Below are positions 37,716 through 44,600 of a DNA stretch of 44,600 nucleotides, in pieces. A program made the translations under genes and the position numbers. Origin of the DNA: Octopus bimaculoides (taxonomy: Eukaryota); contig NC_068993.1 of assembly GCF_001194135.2 (NCBI RefSeq), positions 45,663,897-45,708,496 of the forward strand. The letters run 5' to 3'. How positions within the stretch are numbered: position 1 is the first letter of the stretch; every line of letters starts with the position of its first letter. Below the pieces are notes generated by a model. The model was given only the letters and a program-made list of their open reading frames with translations. It was not told the origin of the DNA and made no database searches.

Positions 37716-38411
37716 TTACAGTCATAAATAATTTGATAATAAATTTGCTCACTCGAAACTGTCCAAAAGTATTCTGTAGATAGAAAGGGGTCATCCGAAT
37801 ACTCAATACCTAACCATTCTATGATTATTGAATAAATAAGATGGAATCACTTATAGCATCTTATAAATTATACCACAGGCATTCATCTGTGCCGGCTCCT
37901 TTTGAAGGAAAATGCAACACGTTGAAAGAGACCTGTGTGTCTTTGAGAAATATGGGATTTGGTTTCTACATGCAAACGAAAAGACTTATAATATAAAAAG
38001 TAAGGTGACTCCAAATATATAAGCCGAAATATATTTTTCGACTTGATTATTTGGCGATGTCGCATCAAAAAGTGTCAAGCACAACAGATACTCTCAATTG
38101 AACAGGAGGTGAAAAGCGAACCCTAAACTCAAATATGCGACCTTAGTGGATACGAAGATATTTTTAATATATTGTAATGAAATAGGCTACCCGTGTTATT
38201 TAGGGGAGATATATACTGTATGCATGCTTATGAATCAGCATGTGGTATTTAATTATATTCTCCTTCTATATATCTTGAATAATAAGAAAACAAGCAGATA
38301 TACACATACGGATAGAAAACGACACACACAAACACACATCTGAGTGTATATATATATATCTATGTATCAATTTATGCGTGCATTTAGATATATGTATGCA
38401 TGCAGTGTATA

Positions 38412-38485
<74 letters not shown>

Positions 38486-38506
38486 GAGAGAGAGAGAGAG
38501 AGAGAT

Positions 38507-38541
<35 letters not shown>

Positions 38542-38918
38542 TGGTGTCAGAGGAAAAGTGACAATCACATGAACGCAAGTATTTTCACATGATGCCGGAA
38601 TATTTTTCTATATTCAGATTCAAAATTTTCATGCTAAAATGCCTCTAGCCTAATGAACATCTGGAAAATAGACAAAACAAGTTCACAAATGGTAAACCCT
38701 TTCACAATAATTCTGAACGGAAAACCGCTAATTTACGGGGACGTAAACACACCAAGATCGGTCGTCAAGCGATGGCGGTGGACAAACACAGACACAAATA
38801 GCAAACACATACATATACATACATACATACATACATACGTACATACATACATATATATATATATATATANNNNNNNNNNNNNNNNNNNNNNNNNNNNNNN
38901 NNNNNNNNNNNNNNNNNN

Positions 38919-39068
38919 TATATTCGACGGGCTTCTTTTACTTTCCGTCTACCAAATCCACTCACAAGGCTTTGGTCGGCACGAAGCTACAGTAGAAGAC
39001 ACTTGCCCAAGGTGACACGCAGTGGGTCTGAACCCGGAACTATGTGGTTGGGAAGCAAGCCACTACTG
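38919..39068 (-). mobile_element. tRNA-derived SINE (family C)
   Basis: Reverse complement reads ...GCTTGCTTCCCAACCACATAGTTCCGGGTTCAGACCCACTGCGTGTCACCTTGGGCAAGTGTCTTCTACTGTAGC...AAAGCCTTGTGAGTGGATTTGGTAGACGGAAAGTAAAAGAAGCCCGTCG: B box plus the CCTTGGGCAAGTG core, ending at a TA tract or gap. Confidence 0.85.
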
Positions 39069-39337
39069 CTCATGCAGAGTTTGATCACCTCCTGTACCTA
39101 CATCTTATAACCATCATGGCATCTGATGTGGCTGTTTAAACCAGACAATGTTCTGCAAAAAACACCCACATAGATTGCACATTCGATTTGGACCACCAAG
39201 AGCGGCAGATAAGTTCTGATTTTGTGGATCTTAAAATGCCTTTTGAGGCCTCCGTTAGATTTGCAAACGTTATATCCTCACACACACACACAAACACACA
39301 CATGCACACGCACGCACCTCCCTACACATAAATAAAT

Positions 39338-39505
39338 AAGGCAGTGAGTTGGCAGAAACGTCAGCACACCAGACGAAATGCTTAGCAGTATTCCGTCTGT
39401 CTTTACGTTCTGAGTTCAAATCCTGCGGAGGTCGATTTGCCTTTCATCCTTTCGGTATCGATAAATTATGTACCAGTTGCGTACTGGGGTCGATCATGTG
39501 CCTAG
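39338..39505 (+). mobile_element. SINE family A with an internal 3' deletion
   Basis: AAGGCAGTGAGTTGGCAGAAACGTCAGCACACCAGACGAAATGCTTAGC...GAGTTCAAATCCTGCGGAGGTCGATTTGCCTTTCATCCTTTCGG..TCGATAAATT..GTACCAGTTGCGTACTGGGGTCGATC joined directly to TGTGCCTAGAGTAGAAAAG. Confidence 0.9.
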
Positions 39506-40056
39506 AGTAGAAAAGTATATATATATATGTGTATGTGTGTGTGTGTATATATACATATATGTATATGCATATATGTATGTATATATATANNNNNNNNNNN
39601 NNNNNNNNNNNNNNNNNNNNNNNNNNNNNNNNNNNNNNNNNNNNNNNNNNNNNNNNNNNNNNNNNNNNNNNNNNNNNNNNNNNNNNNNNNNNNNNNNNNN
39701 NNNNNNNNNNNNNNNNNNNNNNNNNNNNNNNNNNNNNNNNNNNNNNNNNNNNNNNNNNNNNNNNNNNNNNNNNNNNNNNNNNNNNNNNNNNNNNNNNNNN
39801 NNNNNNNNNNNNNNNNNNNNNNNNNNNNNNNNNNNNNNNNNNNNNNNNNNNNNNNNNNNNNNNNNNNNNNNNNNNNNNNNNNNNNNNNNNNNNNNNNNNN
39901 NNNNNNNNNNNNNNNNNNNNNNNNNNNNNNNNNNNNNNNNNNNNNNNNNNNNNNNNNNNNNNNNNNNNNNNNNNNNNNNNNNNNNNNNNNNNNNNNNNNN
40001 NNNNNNNNNNNNNNNNNNNNNNNNNNNNNNNNNNNNNNNNNNNNNNNNNNNNNNNN

Positions 40057-40097
<41 letters not shown>

Positions 40098-41161
40098 CTA
40101 TACTTATACATACATAAATGTACGTAGGTATGTTTTGGCGCGTGTGTGTGGGGTGTGTACTAACGATCGAGTTGGTATTACAAAGACATGAAAATATACG
40201 AAATATTACACAAAATTCTCTTGCTATATTGAAATATCATTTGCTTCGAAAATGAATTGCGATCGTGAACACTGGGTGCAGAAGGTGAAGCCCTGTCGAG
40301 GATGCTTGCTCTGAAGTTGCGAAATACATTTTTCAAATGAAGTGCAATAAGTAATTGCAGATTCTGCATGTATGCATCTGAAGTCATGCATGTGTGGCAT
40401 TAACTCCCTCTTGACATCATTAACTGCTTTGCATTTCTAGTTTCTCGTAATGTCTTCAGACGGTGTGAAGGCTGCTGTGTAATGAGAACATTAAGCAAGT
40501 CTTAAAGCACAGAATTACATGATAAAGGGGATATTAGATGTTGACATCTTCCCTGTTCGATGACTGATATATGCTTAGAGGCCGGATATCATAAAATCCT
40601 TAGCAACTCACTTTATCAGTATTTCATAAACATACATTACTTTTATTAAACCGTAAATAACCGAAATATGATTTTATAAAAGTACTTATTTGTTGTAGTG
40701 TAATAAATATGTATGTAGTAGGAGTAATAATAGTAGTAGCAGTAGTAGTGGTGGTAGTGATGGAGGGGTAGTAGTACTAGTTTTCCTTGGAGATTTGGTT
40801 GCGGAACTTTTTTAGGTTAAAATAAATAAAGAGAAATATGAAATTAATGTGCCGAGCTAAGGTAATAGTGCAAAGCAAGTTATAGATTATAAGGTTGAAG
40901 AAAAGGAAAGTGAGAAAGTATAATTTTGATACGTTTTCTTCCTCAACACTACCTACTCCTCCTCAACAACGTCTCCTCCACAACACCAACACCCGCTCGT
41001 CAACAATTATCATTTACGGAATAGATATTTTAATTTATAAGATGCGTTGAATCCTCTCAATGATATCGTTATTGTTCTTATCAAAATTGTAATTTTAATT
41101 TAAATTTATATGTTCCTATACTTATATACGTATGTATAAATAGATATAGATATGTAAATAC

Positions 41162-41203
<42 letters not shown>

Positions 41204-41229
41204 GTATATACATATACATNNNNNNNNNN

Positions 41230-41272
<43 letters not shown>

Positions 41273-41434
41273 TTATATATATGTGTGTGTGCATGTATTT
41301 ACATATGCATATCTATTTATACATACGTATATAAGTAGTCTACATATTTGCATATGCAATATATATTTGTGTATAGTACACACACACATACACACACATA
41401 AATATAAATGTATTTACATTTTCTTACCTTACGT

Positions 41435-41500
<66 letters not shown>

Positions 41501-41785
41501 ATTGCACGCAACGCACATGATCTGCTGTGTTGAAATGATATTAAATTTTAGGAAGCCGAGCTGTGATGAAAATGTAATTAAAACATAAATATAATGCGTT
41601 TTCATTCCTGATTCTATAAAATATTTTAAACATATTACTTGCTTTAGTTATTGAAGCTGAAGGGTGTGATCTATATTCATCCATATATAAATGCATACAT
41701 ACAAATACACACATATATATATGTATGTATGTATATATATATATATACATATATATAAATACATGCATATATATCTTTATATATA

Positions 41786-41816
<31 letters not shown>

Positions 41817-41860
41817 TAACCGGCGCACGCTCACGCACGCGCACGCACACNNNNNNNNNN

Positions 41861-41907
<47 letters not shown>

Positions 41908-41939
41908 TATAAATACATGCATATATATCTTTATATATA

Positions 41940-41970
<31 letters not shown>

Positions 41971-42060
41971 TAACCGGCGCACGCTCACGCACGCGCACGC
42001 ACACATGCAGACATACACACACACACATAAACGCACACACTCACACACACATATATATCG

Positions 42061-42140
42061 GAAAAATTATTATCGGTACTAATACTGACTGAGGGTGTCG
42101 ACGCAGCCTTAGTCAGAATTAGTGACGATTCAATTTTTTT
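42061..42140 (+). ncRNA. Candidate pre-miRNA-like hairpin (unconfirmed)
   Basis: 17-bp core stem 42078-42094 / 42107-42123 (one mismatch, one G-U), extending outward with small internal loops to about 42061/42139. No expression evidence. Confidence 0.3.
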
Positions 42141-42502
42141 CTTTATGGTATTATATTGCGCCTAGCCGTGTATATTAATATTGACATTGTTATGGCGACT
42201 GTCACCATATTTCATTCCATAACGGCTAGCTGTAATGAATGAGAGAATAGTCACCATGTTTCATTCTGTAACGGTTTCCTCACATGAGCGCAGGGTTACA
42301 TAATCGGACTGTTACCTCACACTCCGTTGCACCCTTAGTGTGAAACCGATTGCTAGATATATAATACCGTACACTACGATTAACATACGAGCGCATTTTT
42401 TTTTTGAATTATAGACTTTTGTACGGCTTACACAAACACACAAGATAGATAAATACATACTTATAGATATACATTCATATATGTTTATATACATGTACAT
42501 AT

Positions 42503-42605
<103 letters not shown>

Positions 42606-42608
42606 CAT

Positions 42609-42867
42609 TTAAAAGAGTTCCAACTCTGTCTGTTTTTTATGTTTTTTATTTATATTCTTGTAAAATTTTTGTGGGATATAGAATATGGAATATATAATAT
42701 ATAATATAAAAAAAGATGGATGGTACAATGAGATGAAGTATTGAATGTCTTATTGAATATATGAAATATTGAGTGTTCAATATAAAGGATTAAATATATA
42801 AATATATAAAGGCGAATACGTATTTTCTATACCTTGTGGTATTTCATCATGGCCGGTATGACAGACT
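42609..42867 (+). repeat. Unclassified interspersed repeat, copy 2
   Basis: Aligns with 30455-30745. Confidence 0.85.
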
Positions 42868-43699
42868 GTATATATATGCGTATGGATATACATGTGGGGG
42901 TGGTTGTGATGGCTTTAGTTTCGTTTGTGTTTTTGATGTTTCTAGTACTTCTTTGTGGTGGTGCTCGTGATGGTATTGGTGCTGATTGTGGCGGATTATT
43001 TTTCCGTGGTTGTACTTGCTATGCTGTAAGCTGTTGTGTTAGTGCTGTTGGTAGCAATTGTGAATATTGTGGTTGAAGTAATTGTTGTTTTTGTTTTTAA
43101 TTTTCTTTCTGCTTTCGAATGTTAATTCTCTAAAATTTCTGTGCGGGTAACCAAGAGAACATAACTTACTCGTTTTTCGAAACACATCTCTCTTTCTCTC
43201 CAATGATATTTGTCTTCATTAAATTCTGGGCATAGAATCTATTAAACATTTATACGCTGTGACAGAGATATTGCAGCAACTATCGTAGTTCGTCATGTCC
43301 CTCACACCATTACCTCTTTACCGTAGATTTCAGAAGCCACAAGTACTTGACCAGATATGTTGTTGATATTTATATTGTATTTTGTAGCAGATGGAAACGT
43401 TTTATCCTTTGTGGAATTCTTTTGGCTTAACCAGAGTAGGGAGTGTTACATCGTGTATCTTTTTTAGGGTTTCTCAAAGAGAAGAAAAGATATTATACTC
43501 CCTTATTTTGTCGGAGATTTCTGCCTAATACACGACAAAGAATATACACAGGTAAAATTAGACAAGGGTTCAGGGTAGACAAGGTTAATTAGGCGTGATT
43601 TGGCAGATAAGGCATTCTAGTATCTTAGAAGGTAACAACGATAACGTACACATACACCAATGGCAATTAGTGCTGCTATTGATATCAATTTATGAGAAA

Positions 43700-43910
43700 G
43701 TTAAAGAAAGTTGCCTTCCCAGTTTCCATGGCGTATAAATTTTCCACCTGGACGGGACGCCGGTTCGTCACAAGATTACTCAGTTTTGTCAGCTGAAAGG
43801 ACTGGAGCAGTGTGAAATGAAGTGTTTTGCTCAAGAACACAACGCGTCGCTCGGCCCAGGGATCGAAACCACAATCTTACGATGATTAGTCCATCACCCT
43901 AAGCAACAGG
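43700..43910 (-). mobile_element. tRNA-derived SINE (family B)
   Basis: CCCAGTTTCCATGGCGTATAAATT..CCACCTGGACGGGACGCCGG...GGACTGGAGCAGTGTGAAATGAAGTGTTTTGCTCAAGAACACAACGCGTCGCTCGGCCCAGGGATCGAAACCAC is the reverse complement of the 11012 copy. Confidence 0.88.
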
Positions 43911-44029
43911 ACTGCACCAGGTTATGAGTCCTTATCATACGACAATCACTGGGTTTTAGGATGACGGAACTAAACTTTGTCAGTTCCTTTTACATCCATA
44001 AACCTACTTGCCATAACCCTTGACATCAT

Positions 44030-44600
44030 TTACCTTCCCTTCCTCCTCCTTTTCCTCCTTTTCCTCTTCCTCCTTTTCCTCTTCCTCCTCCTCCTCCTAT
44101 TCCGCTTCCTCTACCTCCTCCTCTTCCTCCTCCTCTTCCTCCTCCTCTTCCTCCTCNNNNNNNNNNCTCCTCTTCCTCCTCCTCTTCCTCCTCCTCTTCC
44201 TCCTCCTCGTCCTCCTCCTCTTCCTCCTCCTCTTCCTCCTCCTCTTCCTCCTCCTCTTTCCCCTCCTCTTCCTCATCCTCTCCCATTTCCTCTTCCTCCT
44301 CCTCTTCCACTTCCACTTCCTCTTCCAGTTCCACTTCCTATTTCACCTCTTCCACTTCCTCTTCCTCCTCCACTTCCACTTCCTCTTCCTCCTCCACTTC
44401 CCCTTCCCCTTCCTACTTTTCCACTTCCTCTTCCTCCTCCTCTTCCACTTCCACTTCCTCCTCTTCCACTTCCTCCTCTTCCACTTCCCCTTCCTCCACC
44501 TCTTCCAATTACTCTTCCTCCTCCTCCTCCACTTCCACCTCCTCTTCCACGTCCACTTCCACTTCCACTTCCTCCTCCCTCCTCCTCCTCCCTCCTCCTC
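44030..44600. repeat. Low-complexity polypyrimidine tract (CCT/CTT/CCA units) running off the window
   Basis: Over 550 bp of almost pure C/T on the + strand with interspersed A; contains a 10-N gap. Confidence 0.95.

Noticed and set aside
44026-44334. Minus-strand acidic poly-Glu ORF
   Set aside because: Derived from a (CCT)n low-complexity tract spanning a gap, with no unique coding sequence.

Overview
Eukaryotic, AT-rich, repeat-dominated genomic DNA with 16 N-gaps, nearly all flanked by microsatellites as in a short-read draft assembly. The SINE families and the LINE/microsatellite mix look like an octopus (coleoid cephalopod) genome; this is recognition, not a database result. I find no supportable host protein-coding gene, tRNA, rRNA or CRISPR array, so the window is most likely intergenic or deep intronic. 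Almost all long ORFs in the track are microsatellite or N-gap artefacts. What can be supported is a set of decayed transposons: a mariner (D,D34D), two Tc1-type relics, a probable hAT/Buster relic, MITEs, a CR1/L2-group LINE RT, two Dong/R4-type (RLE) LINE 3' fragments, a Penelope GIY-YIG fragment, a Gypsy integrase relic and several SINEs. The best candidates for something new are a pre-miRNA-like ~80-nt hairpin at 42061-42140 and a 710-bp segment with perfect 36-bp terminal inverted repeats between two (TA)n tracts at 35351-36060. Also notable are a Penelope endonuclease joined almost in frame to a LINE RT and a probable DD36E/Incomer-type Tc1. None of these amounts to a demonstrated new biological system on sequence alone.
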